Positions 10,709 through 21,066 of a stretch of DNA of 64,000 bases are shown here, one piece after another. The stretch spans positions 38,811-102,810 of the forward strand of contig CAUWEX010000001.1 of assembly GCA_963557965.1 (NCBI GenBank), written 5' to 3'. The stretch comes from an uncultured Clostridia bacterium. Lineage in GTDB: Bacteria; Bacillota; Clostridia; TANB77; CAG-508. The translations under genes were made by a program, and so were the position numbers. The notes below the pieces were generated by a model. That model saw only the letters and a program-made list of their open reading frames with translations. It ran no database searches and was not told the DNA's origin. Numbering within the stretch: position 1 is the first letter of the stretch; each line of letters starts with the position of its first letter.

Positions 10709-11020
10709 TTACAGATATTGAAAATCACTTATTATATCTTGTACACATATCGGTGTTACTTCATTTCTTTTTAATAACCCTAGCATTTCATTTGTTTGCT
10801 GTTCATTATTAGATAAATGCCTAATTTCTTTATTTTCTGTTTTTACGTCATTATCCATATATTCAGTTTTTACTACTTTTATTCCATATTTTGCTTTATC
10901 CTTATTTATAAATTCATCTTCATTTATAATCTTATAGTACTCTAATTTTATTGGATGTTTTACACCTGCCTCTTCTAATTTTTCTTTCTTAATAAATGTT
11001 CCTCCAAAAAATATATTCAT
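10709..11020 (-). CDS. Small conserved hypothetical protein (DUF6514-like)
   Basis: 103-aa ORF with RBS; YGIKVVK...LKRNEVTP pattern recalled from clostridial proteins. Confidence 0.5.
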   Translation of the reverse strand: MNIFFGGTFIKKEKLEEAGVKHPIKLEYYKIINEDEFINKDKAKYGIKVVKTEYMDNDVKTENKEIRHLSNNEQQTNEMLGLLKRNEVTPICVQDIISDFQYL

Positions 11021-11195
11021 CTTTTTTCCCCTTTCTCTTTCTTTAGTGCCGTTTTTATATCATACTACTATTTTCCAATATTTTCAAGTTCTTTTCATCG
11101 CAATATTCTTTCTTTTTCGATTATATCTTATTTTTTTCGCAATATAATAATAGCCATATTTAGCAAAATTCATTTATTACTAAATATGGCACAAT

Positions 11196-12080
11196 TTAAT
11201 TTTCATTTAATTTCAATTTTTCATATAACTCTACTGAAGTAGCTACTCTATATGGATTTACATAGAAAATTCCTAATAAACCTCCTGTTAATACAGATAA
11301 TATTATCCAACCAATAAATGATACATCAAGTATAAATGTTCTCCATTTATTTCCTTTCATCATTTCCTTGGATTTTTTAAACACTTCTTTTCTATCCATC
11401 TTAGGATTTTCTGCTAATATATATGGTATCATTCTATATTCATAAGCTTTGATAAATCCACCTATTATTGTAAAGAACCATAAAAAATTGTATATATTTT
11501 TTAGAAGCATAATTAGTGTAACATTACTCCAACTTCCTCTTCTAAATATTTCTTTCATTACACCCATACGGGTATTTTCCCCGTCGCGTGCAGTCAAAAA
11601 ATATTTTCTTTCTGCAACAATTAGAGGCTCTGCTATTAATATTAAATATAGTATCGCTATTATTGAAGCTATTACAAGTCCAACTGCTAACACAGTTTGA
11701 TTTGCCATAAACAATTTAATAGCATCCCATATTTTAAATATATATTTTTGCGACCTCGTCATACTATTAATATTAGTATTTACACCATTGGCCACTCTTA
11801 ATTGCATGTCTGTTAAAGAATTTTTAAATTCTTCTATCTTTTGCTGTTTTTCTTTCACTTTTTGAACTTCTTCTTGTTTAATTTGTTCATTCATAATAAG
11901 TTGATTTTGCATTATTGCATAATCTGGCGACAAATTTTCCTCTTTGGCACTATTCCCATTTATAGATGCTCCAAATTCTCCTGTTAAAATCGCTATTAAA
12001 AAGCATACTACAACAGCAGTCCAATAATTCTTTTTAATTGTTTGCTTTGCTTGTTTCTTTAATTCTTTTCTTTTCCACAT
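11196..12080 (-). CDS. DUF975 family membrane protein
   Basis: RKELKKQAK, GFIKAYEYRMIPYILAENP, MMKGNKWRTFILDVSFIGW. Confidence 0.8.
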   Translation of the reverse strand: MWKRKELKKQAKQTIKKNYWTAVVVCFLIAILTGEFGASINGNSAKEENLSPDYAIMQNQLIMNEQIKQEEVQKVKEKQQKIEEFKNSLTDMQLRVANGVNTNINSMTRSQKYIFKIWDAIKLFMANQTVLAVGLVIASIIAILYLILIAEPLIVAERKYFLTARDGENTRMGVMKEIFRRGSWSNVTLIMLLKNIYNFLWFFTIIGGFIKAYEYRMIPYILAENPKMDRKEVFKKSKEMMKGNKWRTFILDVSFIGWIILSVLTGGLLGIFYVNPYRVATSVELYEKLKLNEN

Positions 12081-12167
12081 ATTTTTCTCCTATAATTTAA
12101 TATGTCATAATAATATATTTTATTATAACTCATGTGCATTCTTTAATCAAGCAATTTATAGTATCTT

Positions 12168-13367
12168 CTATTTAAAATTAATTTTTGTATTCATTTTTCC
12201 CGCTCTTGTTACAGAATTATATCCATATTTATTTTTTAGTTCATCAACAACTTTATCTAGTTTTTCTTGTTTTTCATTTGAATTTTGATTAAACAAAGAC
12301 ATTTGTATATTATTTTTCTCTATCAAATTGTCAACTGATAATCCTATCAACCTAATTGACATATGTCTATGAAACATTTGAGCTAATAATTCTTTCGCTT
12401 TTTGATAAATCTCTCTTGTTGTTGACGATGCAACTGCTAGTTTACTTTGATGTGATGTATCCTGAAAATCTTTAGTTCTAAGTTGTACCCTTACAGTATT
12501 AGCTAATAAATCATGCTTTCGTAATCTATATGAAACTTGTTCTGCTAGAGCTAATAAAATTTCTTGTAGTTTTTCTATTTCTGTTATATTTTCTGACAAT
12601 GTTATAGAATTTCCAATACATTTAGGTTTTTCTTCCTTATATTGAACTTCGGAATTGTCTATTCCATTAGCATATTCCCACATTTGTCTTCCGTGTTTTC
12701 CAAACTTTTTGCTAAGTGTTGTTACATCTGCTTTTGCTAATTCTCCTATTGTCCTTATCTGCATATTATAAAGTTTAGGTACTGACTTCTTTCCTAGCAT
12801 GAACAAATCTGAAATTGGCAACGGCCACATTTTTTTTGATATTTCATCTTCAAATAATGTATGAATTTTATCTGGTTTTGCAAAATCTGATGCCATTTTA
12901 GCTAATAGTTTGTTATGTGCTACTCCAATATTTACAGTAAACCCAAGTTCTTCTTTTACTCTTCTACTTATTTCTTTAGCTTTGTTTAATAATGTATCTT
13001 TCATTAAATATTCTGTCATATCTAAAAAACATTCATCTATACTAAATCTTTCAATTTTATCTGTGTATTCTAGTAACAATTTATACAATTCATTTGAATA
13101 TTTTTTATATACTTTAAAATTTGAAGAAAATATTTTAATATTAGGGCATTTGATTCTCGCTTGGTATATAGTGTCAGCTGTTTTTATTCCACATTCTTTT
13201 GCTTTCATGCTTTTGGCTAAAACTATCCCCGACCTTTTTGTTTCATCTCCCCCAATAATTGCTGGTATTTCTCTAATGTCTGTTTCACTTCCGTTTTTTA
13301 ACATTTCTACCGCAGTCCAACTTAAAAATGCATTATTGACATCTACATGTAATATCTGCTTTTTCAT
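12168..13367 (-). CDS. dinB: DNA polymerase IV (Y family)
   Basis: ILHVDVNNAF, SIDECFLD, NKLLAKMASD. Confidence 0.92.
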   Translation of the reverse strand: MKKQILHVDVNNAFLSWTAVEMLKNGSETDIREIPAIIGGDETKRSGIVLAKSMKAKECGIKTADTIYQARIKCPNIKIFSSNFKVYKKYSNELYKLLLEYTDKIERFSIDECFLDMTEYLMKDTLLNKAKEISRRVKEELGFTVNIGVAHNKLLAKMASDFAKPDKIHTLFEDEISKKMWPLPISDLFMLGKKSVPKLYNMQIRTIGELAKADVTTLSKKFGKHGRQMWEYANGIDNSEVQYKEEKPKCIGNSITLSENITEIEKLQEILLALAEQVSYRLRKHDLLANTVRVQLRTKDFQDTSHQSKLAVASSTTREIYQKAKELLAQMFHRHMSIRLIGLSVDNLIEKNNIQMSLFNQNSNEKQEKLDKVVDELKNKYGYNSVTRAGKMNTKINFK

Positions 13368-13423
13368 AATATCACCAACTGTATTATAGAATGTTTGTTT
13401 GCTTTTGTCAACTATAAAGTTCT

Positions 13424-14185
13424 CTACTTAGATAATTTTCTTTTTTGTACTTTATATGTTATTTTAGCTAATAAATTAGATGGTACTATTTTTGCTCCTA
13501 ATCTTGCAAATTTTACGTCTAATCCTGGTACTATATAGAATTTTCCTTGTTCTAGCTTTTTTATTGCATATTTTGCTACTTGTTGGCTATTAGCTTCTCT
13601 TAATTTAAATTTTACATTTGCAACTTTATTAAAATTTGTTTCTACTGGACCTGGGCATAATATACTAATTTGTACATTTGATTTATCTTTTTTTAGTTCT
13701 TCTCTTATTGCTTCTGATAATCTTACTATATAATTTTTTGTTGCATAATATGTTGTCATTAATGGGCCTGGCATAAATCCTGCTATTGAGGCAACATTTA
13801 ATATTTTACCACTGTCTTTTTCTTTCATTTGTTTTAAATATAATTTGGTTAAAATATGATATGCTATTACATTAGTTTTTATCATTGCAATATCTTTATC
13901 TAAATTTGTTTCATCAAATTTACCACAATCTCCAAAACCGGCATTATTTATTAATACATCAACATCTTTCACTTTTTCTGCCAATTTTTTGCAGTTTTCT
14001 TCATCTGTTAGGTCCATAGAAATTATATCAATTTTATTACTTTTTATATTCTCTAATTCTTTTTTAGTTTCTTGTAATTTCTCTTCATCTCTTGCAATTA
14101 ATACTAAATCATAACCTTTTGCATTTAGTATTCTCGCAATATCTTTTCCAATTCCTGATGAAGCTCCTGTTACTAATGCTTTCAC
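13424..14185 (-). CDS. Short-chain dehydrogenase/reductase
   Basis: TGASSGIG, NNAGFG, YYATK. Confidence 0.9.
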   Translation of the reverse strand: MKALVTGASSGIGKDIARILNAKGYDLVLIARDEEKLQETKKELENIKSNKIDIISMDLTDEENCKKLAEKVKDVDVLINNAGFGDCGKFDETNLDKDIAMIKTNVIAYHILTKLYLKQMKEKDSGKILNVASIAGFMPGPLMTTYYATKNYIVRLSEAIREELKKDKSNVQISILCPGPVETNFNKVANVKFKLREANSQQVAKYAIKKLEQGKFYIVPGLDVKFARLGAKIVPSNLLAKITYKVQKRKLSK

Positions 14186-14223
14186 CTTAGTTCCTCCTTG
14201 CTTAATAGTTTTGAGCAGGTAGT

Positions 14224-15285
14224 TTAAGTGGCTTCTTTTATTTTTCCTCCCCCTAAAACTAAATCCTCTATGTAAAATACCGCTGATTGCCCTGGTGTAA
14301 TTCGTGCTACTGGATTATCAAACGTTACTTCTATTAAGTCTGTTCCTTTCATTTCTATTGTTGCCATTTCCTCTTTACTTGAATATCTTGTTTTTACGGC
14401 AACTCTCATTTTATCTTGTATCTCATCTACTAACAACAAGTTTATATTATTTACTAACATACTTGTACTATATATTTCTTCTTTTTCTCCAACAATTACC
14501 TCATTTCTTTCTTTGTTGAACCCAATAACATATAAAGGTGCTTTGTAGCTGATACCTAGACCTTTTCTTTGCCCTATTGTGTATTTATATAATCCTTTAT
14601 GCTCTCCTAATACTGTTCCATTTTTTGTAACAATTTTTCCTTTTTTTGGTTTCAAGTTTGAGTTCGTTTCCAAAAATTTAACATAATCACCATCTGGTAT
14701 GAAGCATATATCTTCACTATCAGGCTTGTTAGCTGCGGCCATTTTTTTGTCTGATGCTACTTTTCTTACATTTTCTTTAGACTCAAATTCACCTAATGGA
14801 AAAATCACTTTACCTAGTAGTTCTTTTGGCATACTATATAATACATAGCTTTGATCTTTTGCTATGCATTTTGCTTTTTTTATTGCATAACGATTAAATT
14901 CTTCTGAATATACCATCCTTGCATAATGTCCTGTTGCAATATATTCACAGCCTAATTCCTTTGCCTTTTCATACATTGCCCCAAATTTTAAATATTTATT
15001 ACATTCTATACATGGATTCGGTGTTCTTTGTTTTGAATATTCACTTATAAAATGATCTATAACACATTTTTTGAATTTTTCTTTTTGTTCATACGTGATA
15101 TGTGGTATTCTCATTTTCTCACATAATTCTTTTGCTTCTTTTGATGTTTTATTATCACTACATGAATTAGAAAATAATTCTAATGTTATCCCTATTACAT
15201 CATATCCTTGTTCTTTTAAAATTAGGGCTGATACAGAGCTATCAACACCTCCGCTCATCCCTAGTAGTACTTTTTTATTTTCCAT
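14224..15285 (-). CDS. mnmA: tRNA 2-thiouridine(34) synthase
   Basis: MSGGVDSS, TPNPCIECN, ATGHYA, KDQSY, DSEDICF, TPGQSAVFY. Confidence 0.96.
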   Translation of the reverse strand: MENKKVLLGMSGGVDSSVSALILKEQGYDVIGITLELFSNSCSDNKTSKEAKELCEKMRIPHITYEQKEKFKKCVIDHFISEYSKQRTPNPCIECNKYLKFGAMYEKAKELGCEYIATGHYARMVYSEEFNRYAIKKAKCIAKDQSYVLYSMPKELLGKVIFPLGEFESKENVRKVASDKKMAAANKPDSEDICFIPDGDYVKFLETNSNLKPKKGKIVTKNGTVLGEHKGLYKYTIGQRKGLGISYKAPLYVIGFNKERNEVIVGEKEEIYSTSMLVNNINLLLVDEIQDKMRVAVKTRYSSKEEMATIEMKGTDLIEVTFDNPVARITPGQSAVFYIEDLVLGGGKIKEAT

Positions 15286-15712
15286 TTTTCTCTAATAACT
15301 CCTCTAATGTGTGCCATGCAAGTAACGCACATTTTACTCTTGCTGGCATATTTGCTATATTTTTAAATGCTATTGCATCTTCTAATTTTTCTAATTCTTT
15401 TTCGTCTGTTATTTCTCTTCTTATCATTTTTATAAAAGTTTCTATTATAGCTTTTGCTTCTTTTATAGTTTTTCCCTTCAAAACCTCTATCATTATTGCA
15501 GTTGAGCTTTGAGATATTGCACATCCATGCCCTGTAAATGCCATATTTTCTATAATATCTCCGTTTAATTTTAACTCGATTTGAATTTCATCTCCGCAAT
15601 TTGGGTTGTGTCCTAATTCGCAATAATCGCTTTCTTTTAGTTTTTCTTTATGTGGTGGATTTATTCCATATTCAATTATCATATCACTATATATGTCATC
15701 AATATTATCCAT
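15275..15712 (-). CDS. sufU: SUF system scaffold/sulfur-transfer protein
   Basis: NPNCGDEI, GCAISQSS, ARVKCALLAW. Confidence 0.93.
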   Translation of the reverse strand: MDNIDDIYSDMIIEYGINPPHKEKLKESDYCELGHNPNCGDEIQIELKLNGDIIENMAFTGHGCAISQSSTAIMIEVLKGKTIKEAKAIIETFIKMIRREITDEKELEKLEDAIAFKNIANMPARVKCALLAWHTLEELLEKNGK

Positions 15713-15732
15713 TTTACTATTCCTTCCTTTAT

Positions 15733-15832
15733 CTAATTAGGGGGCGTTTCTAAAGTGGACATTTTCTTTGGCACTAAATTTTATTTTATTAATTTATCAA
15801 AAATGTTCACTTTAGAAGCGCTCCCTAATTAG
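15733..15832. repeat. 33-bp imperfect inverted repeat in the sufS-sufU spacer
   Basis: 15733-15765 versus 15800-15832, 3 mismatches, 34-nt AT-rich loop. Confidence 0.85.
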
Positions 15833-15881
15833 TTTGTTTTTTGAAAATAAGAAAAAAGACTTGTATTTCAATCTAAAATTC

Positions 15882-17090
15882 TCATTTTTTAAATCTTGCA
15901 AATATGTTATTTGTTTTTATTAATGCTTTTATTAATTTGTCTATTTCTTCTTTTGTGTTATAAAAATATAGACTTGCTCTACATGTTGAGTCTATTCCTA
16001 AATATCTTAGAAGTGGTTGTGCACAATGATTTCCTGACCTTACATATACTCCTTCTGTGTCTAAAATTGATGCAACATCATGTGGATGAATTCCTTTTAT
16101 ATTAAATGAAAATACAGATGAGTGATTTTCTTCATTAGGTGTTAAATATAAGTCTAAAAAGTCTAATTTTTCTAATTCTTTTCTTGCATATGCTGTTAAT
16201 TCTTTTTCTTCTTTTTCTATATTTTCATATCCTATTTTGTTTATATAGTCTATAGCAGCTCCTAAGCCAACTACTCCTTCTACGTTTTGTGTTCCCGCTT
16301 CAAATTTATTAGGTAATGGTGCAAATGTTGTTTCTTGCTCATGAACGTATTCTATCATATCCCCTCCCATTAAAAATGGGTTCATTTTTTGTAATAATTC
16401 TTTTTTTCCGTATAGTACACCAATTCCAAGTGGCGCTAACATTTTATGTCCAGAAAACACCACAAAATCCGCATCTAAATCTTGTACATCTATTTTAAAA
16501 TGTGGAATACTTTGTGATGCATCTAATATTACAATTGCTCCTTTTTCATGAGCATATTTTATAATATCTTTTACAGGGTTTATTGTTCCTAAAACATTTG
16601 ATACATGTGTAATCCCAACAATTTTTGTTTTATCCGTAATTTTTTCTTCAATTTCTTTTTTTGAAATTTCAAAATCATCATTTATATACATATATTTTAG
16701 TTTACTTTTTGTTTTTTTAGTTACATATTGCCATGGTACTATATTAGAATGATGTTCCATTATTGATAATACAACTTCGTCATTTTCTTTTAAATTATCT
16801 AACCCATATGAATATGCAATCAAGTTTAAGCTTTCTGTTGCGTTTTTAGAAAAAATTATTTCTTCAGAATTTTTTGCATTTATAAATTTAGCTATCTTAT
16901 TTCTTGTATTTTCATATGCTTCAGTAGCTTCCATACTTAATGCATACGCCCCTCTATGAGGGTTTGCGTTTTCATTTTCATAGAATTTTTTTAATGCTTC
17001 TAACACTTGTTTTGGTTTTTGTGTTGTTGCTCCATTGTCTAAATATGCCATTTCTCTATTATTTAAAATTGGGAAATCTTCTCTTCTCAT
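15882..17090 (-). CDS. sufS: Cysteine desulfurase
   Basis: YLDNGATTQKP, FSGHKMLAP, RSGNHCAQP. Confidence 0.96.
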   Translation of the reverse strand: MRREDFPILNNREMAYLDNGATTQKPKQVLEALKKFYENENANPHRGAYALSMEATEAYENTRNKIAKFINAKNSEEIIFSKNATESLNLIAYSYGLDNLKENDEVVLSIMEHHSNIVPWQYVTKKTKSKLKYMYINDDFEISKKEIEEKITDKTKIVGITHVSNVLGTINPVKDIIKYAHEKGAIVILDASQSIPHFKIDVQDLDADFVVFSGHKMLAPLGIGVLYGKKELLQKMNPFLMGGDMIEYVHEQETTFAPLPNKFEAGTQNVEGVVGLGAAIDYINKIGYENIEKEEKELTAYARKELEKLDFLDLYLTPNEENHSSVFSFNIKGIHPHDVASILDTEGVYVRSGNHCAQPLLRYLGIDSTCRASLYFYNTKEEIDKLIKALIKTNNIFARFKK

Positions 17091-18136
17091 TAATCTAATC
17101 TCCTATCTATTTCCTCTATAACCTCTGTTTTTAAGTTTTCATCTTGAATTCTTTCAATTATGTCATAGAATTTTGCTTTTACCATTAATTTAATGGCTTC
17201 ATTTTTACTAAGTCCTCTACTCATAATATAAAACAATTCTTTTTCATCAGCTTTTCCTGATGATGTGCTGTGTTCCCCTTCTACATCTTCTTCAGTACAC
17301 AATAACATTGGAAGAGCTAATGATTTTGCCTTTCCTGATAACATCATACATTCTTCATTTTCATGTCCTTTTGCTTTTTTAGATCCTTTTTTAAAATCTA
17401 TTGTTCCTTTAAAATTCTTTTTGCTGTTATCTTTTAAAGCCCCTTGTAAGTCCATTTCCATATGAGTTTTTTGACCTCTTAATTCTGCTATATAATTTAT
17501 ATCTTTTATTTGATTGTCTGTTCCTAAATATACTGTTTTTATACTGTTTTTAGCTTCTTTTCCTATTACATTTGAATAATAATTTGTTATACTGTATTTT
17601 CCACCAATATCCACAATTGTATAATTTAAAGTAGCATTATCTTTTATTTCATTTTCTATTGAGTCAAAATTTGTACTCTGTTTATTCAAAAAGTTTATAA
17701 TTGTAACATTTACTTGTACATTTTTACCTGCTACTATTCTTATCTTTCCATTATGATAGCATTCTAAATCTGTATTACTTCTATATTCTACAATTATATC
17801 GGCATTTTTATTCACATTAAATTCTAAGTTATTTATTAAATATCTGTTATTATCATCAAATGTATATACTATTTTTATCTCGTCTTGTTTTTCTATATTA
17901 AATTTTGCAATTTGATTAGCTCTACTGTTAATTTCTTTTTCTTGTTCGTCTCCTATCCCATATGTAAGTTGTACGTTATCCACATTTTTATCGCAAATTG
18001 TGGATAATGACTTTATTTCTACGTTTTCAAATTCTTTTATCTTTTCAGGAATTTCCGGAGCATCTATTGTGATATTATTTATTTTAAAATTTCTTGATGT
18101 TCGTATTGGTGTGTCATTTATCGTTATTTTATTCAT
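17090..18136 (-). CDS. sufD: SufD-like Fe-S assembly protein
   Basis: Position in operon, GEHSTSSG...ELFYIMSRGLS C-terminus. Confidence 0.8.
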   Translation of the reverse strand: MNKITINDTPIRTSRNFKINNITIDAPEIPEKIKEFENVEIKSLSTICDKNVDNVQLTYGIGDEQEKEINSRANQIAKFNIEKQDEIKIVYTFDDNNRYLINNLEFNVNKNADIIVEYRSNTDLECYHNGKIRIVAGKNVQVNVTIINFLNKQSTNFDSIENEIKDNATLNYTIVDIGGKYSITNYYSNVIGKEAKNSIKTVYLGTDNQIKDINYIAELRGQKTHMEMDLQGALKDNSKKNFKGTIDFKKGSKKAKGHENEECMMLSGKAKSLALPMLLCTEEDVEGEHSTSSGKADEKELFYIMSRGLSKNEAIKLMVKAKFYDIIERIQDENLKTEVIEEIDRRLD

Positions 18137-19533
18137 TATCCTATGCTCCCTTCTAATTCTATGTTTATTAATTGGTTCATCTCGGCTGCATATTCTACCG
18201 GAAGTTCTTTTGATACAGGATATGCAAATCCTCTTACTATCATAGCTTTTGCATCTTCTTCTGATAGTCCTCTTGACATTAAATAAAAGATTTCTTTATC
18301 ACTTATTTTGCCAATTTTAGCTTCGTGCGAAAATTCAACTTCATCTGTTCTTACATCATTTACAGGTATTGTGTCTGATCTTGATATATCATCTAACATA
18401 AGAGATTCACAACTAACACTACATTTTGAATTCTTTGCATTTTCGTTTATTCTTACCAATGCTCTATATGTACATGAACCTCCATCTTTTGATATTGATT
18501 TGGAATTTACAACTGATGATGTATTGGGTGCATTATGTACTACTTTAAATCCTGTGTCTAAATCTTGATTTCCCCCAGCAAATGTAATTCCTGTGTATTC
18601 TGTTTTTGCACCTTCACCATTTAAAATACTCATTGGGTATAACATAGAAACTTTAGAGCCAAAAGACCCTGTTACCCAGTCTATTTGTGCATTTTTCCCT
18701 ACAAGTGCTTTTTTAGTATTTAAGTTCATCATATTTTTTGACCAGTTCTCTATTGTTGAATATCTTAAATAGGCATCGTCTTTTACATATAATTCTACAC
18801 ATCCTGCGTGTAAATTAACTTTGTTGTATTTTGGTGCTGAACATCCTTCTATAAAATGCAGTCTTGCCCCTTTTTCTACAATAATTAATGTGTGTTCAAA
18901 TTGTCCTGATTCTGGTGAATTTAATCTGAAATATGACTGTAGCGGTATTTCTACATCTACCCCTTCAGGAACATATACAAATGAACCACCTGACCATACA
19001 GCAGCATGTAATGCAACAAATTTGTGGTCGCTTATTGGAACACATTTCATAAAGTGTTTTTTCACAATTTCAGGATATTCTCTTACAGCCGTTTCCATAT
19101 CTGTATAAATTACACCTTTTTTCTTTAAATCTTCCCTCATGCTGTGATATACAACTTCTGAATCATATTGAGCTCCAACTCCCGCAAGTGATTTTTTTTC
19201 AGCTTCAGGAATTCCTAATTTATCAAATGTATCCTTAATTTCTTCTGGTACATCTTCCCAATTATGATTTAGTTTTGATTTAGGCTTTACATATGTTGCA
19301 ATTTCGTCCATTTTTAATTCAGACAAGTCTGGTCCCCATGTTGGTAATTCTAGCTTTTCATATGTTTCTAAAGCTTTTAGTCTTATTTCTCTCATCCAAT
19401 CCGGATCATTTTTTTGTTTTGATATTTCTTCTACTATTTCTTTATTAAGCCCTTTTTGCATCTTGAAGTCATATTCATCTGCATTTTTTATATCATATAC
19501 ATTTCTGTTTATATCTTCAATCTGTGTCTTCAC
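18136..19533 (-). CDS. sufB: Fe-S cluster assembly protein SufB
   Basis: GVGAQYDSEVVYH, GQFEHTLII, IEGCSAP, FYLMSRG. Confidence 0.96.
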   Translation of the reverse strand: MKTQIEDINRNVYDIKNADEYDFKMQKGLNKEIVEEISKQKNDPDWMREIRLKALETYEKLELPTWGPDLSELKMDEIATYVKPKSKLNHNWEDVPEEIKDTFDKLGIPEAEKKSLAGVGAQYDSEVVYHSMREDLKKKGVIYTDMETAVREYPEIVKKHFMKCVPISDHKFVALHAAVWSGGSFVYVPEGVDVEIPLQSYFRLNSPESGQFEHTLIIVEKGARLHFIEGCSAPKYNKVNLHAGCVELYVKDDAYLRYSTIENWSKNMMNLNTKKALVGKNAQIDWVTGSFGSKVSMLYPMSILNGEGAKTEYTGITFAGGNQDLDTGFKVVHNAPNTSSVVNSKSISKDGGSCTYRALVRINENAKNSKCSVSCESLMLDDISRSDTIPVNDVRTDEVEFSHEAKIGKISDKEIFYLMSRGLSEEDAKAMIVRGFAYPVSKELPVEYAAEMNQLINIELEGSIG

Positions 19534-19570
19534 GCTCTTCCTCCTTTTAGTCCTGTTTTAGCATGATAGT

Positions 19571-20308
19571 TTAATTTTTGTATTTTTCGTATCCGTTTTC
19601 TTCAATTTCTTTAGCTAAGCTTGCATCTCCTGTTTTTACTATTTTTCCATCTACTACTATATGAACATAGTCCACTTTTAAACTTTCTAATATACGTGTA
19701 TTATGAGTAATTATCAAAACTCCATTATCATCGTTATGGTACATTTTTATACCTTTTGAAACTGTTTTTATTGCATCTACATCAAGTCCTGAATCAGTTT
19801 CGTCTAATATGGCAAGTTTTGGTTTTAATACAAGCATTTGTAATATTTCGTTTTTCTTCTTTTCTCCGCCAGAAAATCCTACATTTAAATTTCTTTGAAT
19901 TAAATGTGGATTCATGTTTAGTTCTTCTATATCTTTTTCCACTTCTTTTTTTAATTCAAATATTTTTACAGGTTTTCCAGTTATTTTATTTTTAGCATAT
20001 TTTAAAAAGTTCATCGTAGAAATTCCTGGTATTTCTTCTGGTGTTTGGAATGACATAAATATTCCTTTTTGTGCTATTTCGTGTGTTGGTAAGTCATTTA
20101 TATTATCACCTTCAAATGTTACATTTCCACTTATTTTTTTATATTCAGGATTGTTTAATATAACATTTGCAAGTGTTGATTTTCCTGCACCATTTGGTCC
20201 CATAATTACGTGTGTTTCACCTTTTTTTATTTCTAAATTTAATCCTTTTAATATTTCTTTTTCTCCTGCATTTACATATAAATCTTTTATTTCTAGTAAG
20301 TTACTCAT
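19571..20308 (-). CDS. sufC: Fe-S assembly ATPase SufC
   Basis: GPNGAGKST, GFSGGEKKKNE, LDETDSGLD. Confidence 0.96.
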   Translation of the reverse strand: MSNLLEIKDLYVNAGEKEILKGLNLEIKKGETHVIMGPNGAGKSTLANVILNNPEYKKISGNVTFEGDNINDLPTHEIAQKGIFMSFQTPEEIPGISTMNFLKYAKNKITGKPVKIFELKKEVEKDIEELNMNPHLIQRNLNVGFSGGEKKKNEILQMLVLKPKLAILDETDSGLDVDAIKTVSKGIKMYHNDDNGVLIITHNTRILESLKVDYVHIVVDGKIVKTGDASLAKEIEENGYEKYKN

Positions 20309-20397
20309 TTATGCTCTCCTTTTTATATAAAATTAATCTTATTTTTGTTTTAAATATTTTCTATTTTTTGATTTTGTTACCTTCATATATATTAAAT

Positions 20398-20805
20398 TTA
20401 TTTTAGAAAATCCGCTAAAGTTACACTATCTATATAGTCATTAATTGCTTTGTCTAGTCCTTCCCAAAAAAACAATGTTTTACAGCCACCTTTTTGGCTA
20501 CAGTCTCCGTCCTCTGCTAAGCATGTAATTGGTGCCAAGTCTCCTTCTGATGCTCTTAAAATTTCTCCAACTTTGTATTCTTCTGGTTTTCTAGCTAGCT
20601 TATATCCTCCATTATTTCCTCGAGCAGTTTTTAAACATCCTGCTTTATTTAATAACGCAACAATTTGTTCTAAATACTTATTAGAAATCCCTTGTCTTGT
20701 TGATATATCTTTTAATGAAATATAGTTTCCGTCATTATTTTCTGCTAAATCTATCATTACTCTTAATGCATATCTTCCTTTAGTTGATATTTTCATAAAT
20801 CTCAT
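20398..20805 (-). CDS. Rrf2 family regulator (IscR/CymR-like) heading the suf operon
   Basis: STKGRYALRVM, YLEQI, RGNNGGYKL, three Cys (CLAEDGDCSQKGGC). Confidence 0.9.
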   Translation of the reverse strand: MRFMKISTKGRYALRVMIDLAENNDGNYISLKDISTRQGISNKYLEQIVALLNKAGCLKTARGNNGGYKLARKPEEYKVGEILRASEGDLAPITCLAEDGDCSQKGGCKTLFFWEGLDKAINDYIDSVTLADFLK

Positions 20806-20836
20806 CCCTTCTTTTGCTTGTTTTTGAAGCGTTTAT

Positions 20837-20865
20837 ATTGTACTACTATTTTAGTAGGAATTCAA
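20837..20865 (-). promoter_or_regulatory. Promoter overlapped by a probable Rrf2 operator
   Basis: Minus strand TTGAAT-17-TACAAT enclosing near-palindrome CTACTAAAATAGTAG. Confidence 0.55.
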
Positions 20866-20973
20866 GTCTTTTATGTAAATTGACTAAAAAAAGTGGCTTT
20901 GCCACATTTTCTTCTCGCCGATTTGAGTTTTCGACTATAAGGAGAAAATCTCAAGGGCAATAGCGATTATAGC

Positions 20974-21017
20974 TTTTTTATTGTATAGAAAAATTAATTT
21001 TTCTATACAATAAAAAA
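20974..21017. repeat. 44-bp perfect palindrome
   Basis: TTTTTTATTGTATAGAAAAATT|AATTTTTCTATACAATAAAAAA is self-complementary with no spacer. Confidence 0.9.
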
Positions 21018-21066
21018 TCCCATCAGATACAAAATAGGATTTGCATCTAATGAGATATTTTATAAA

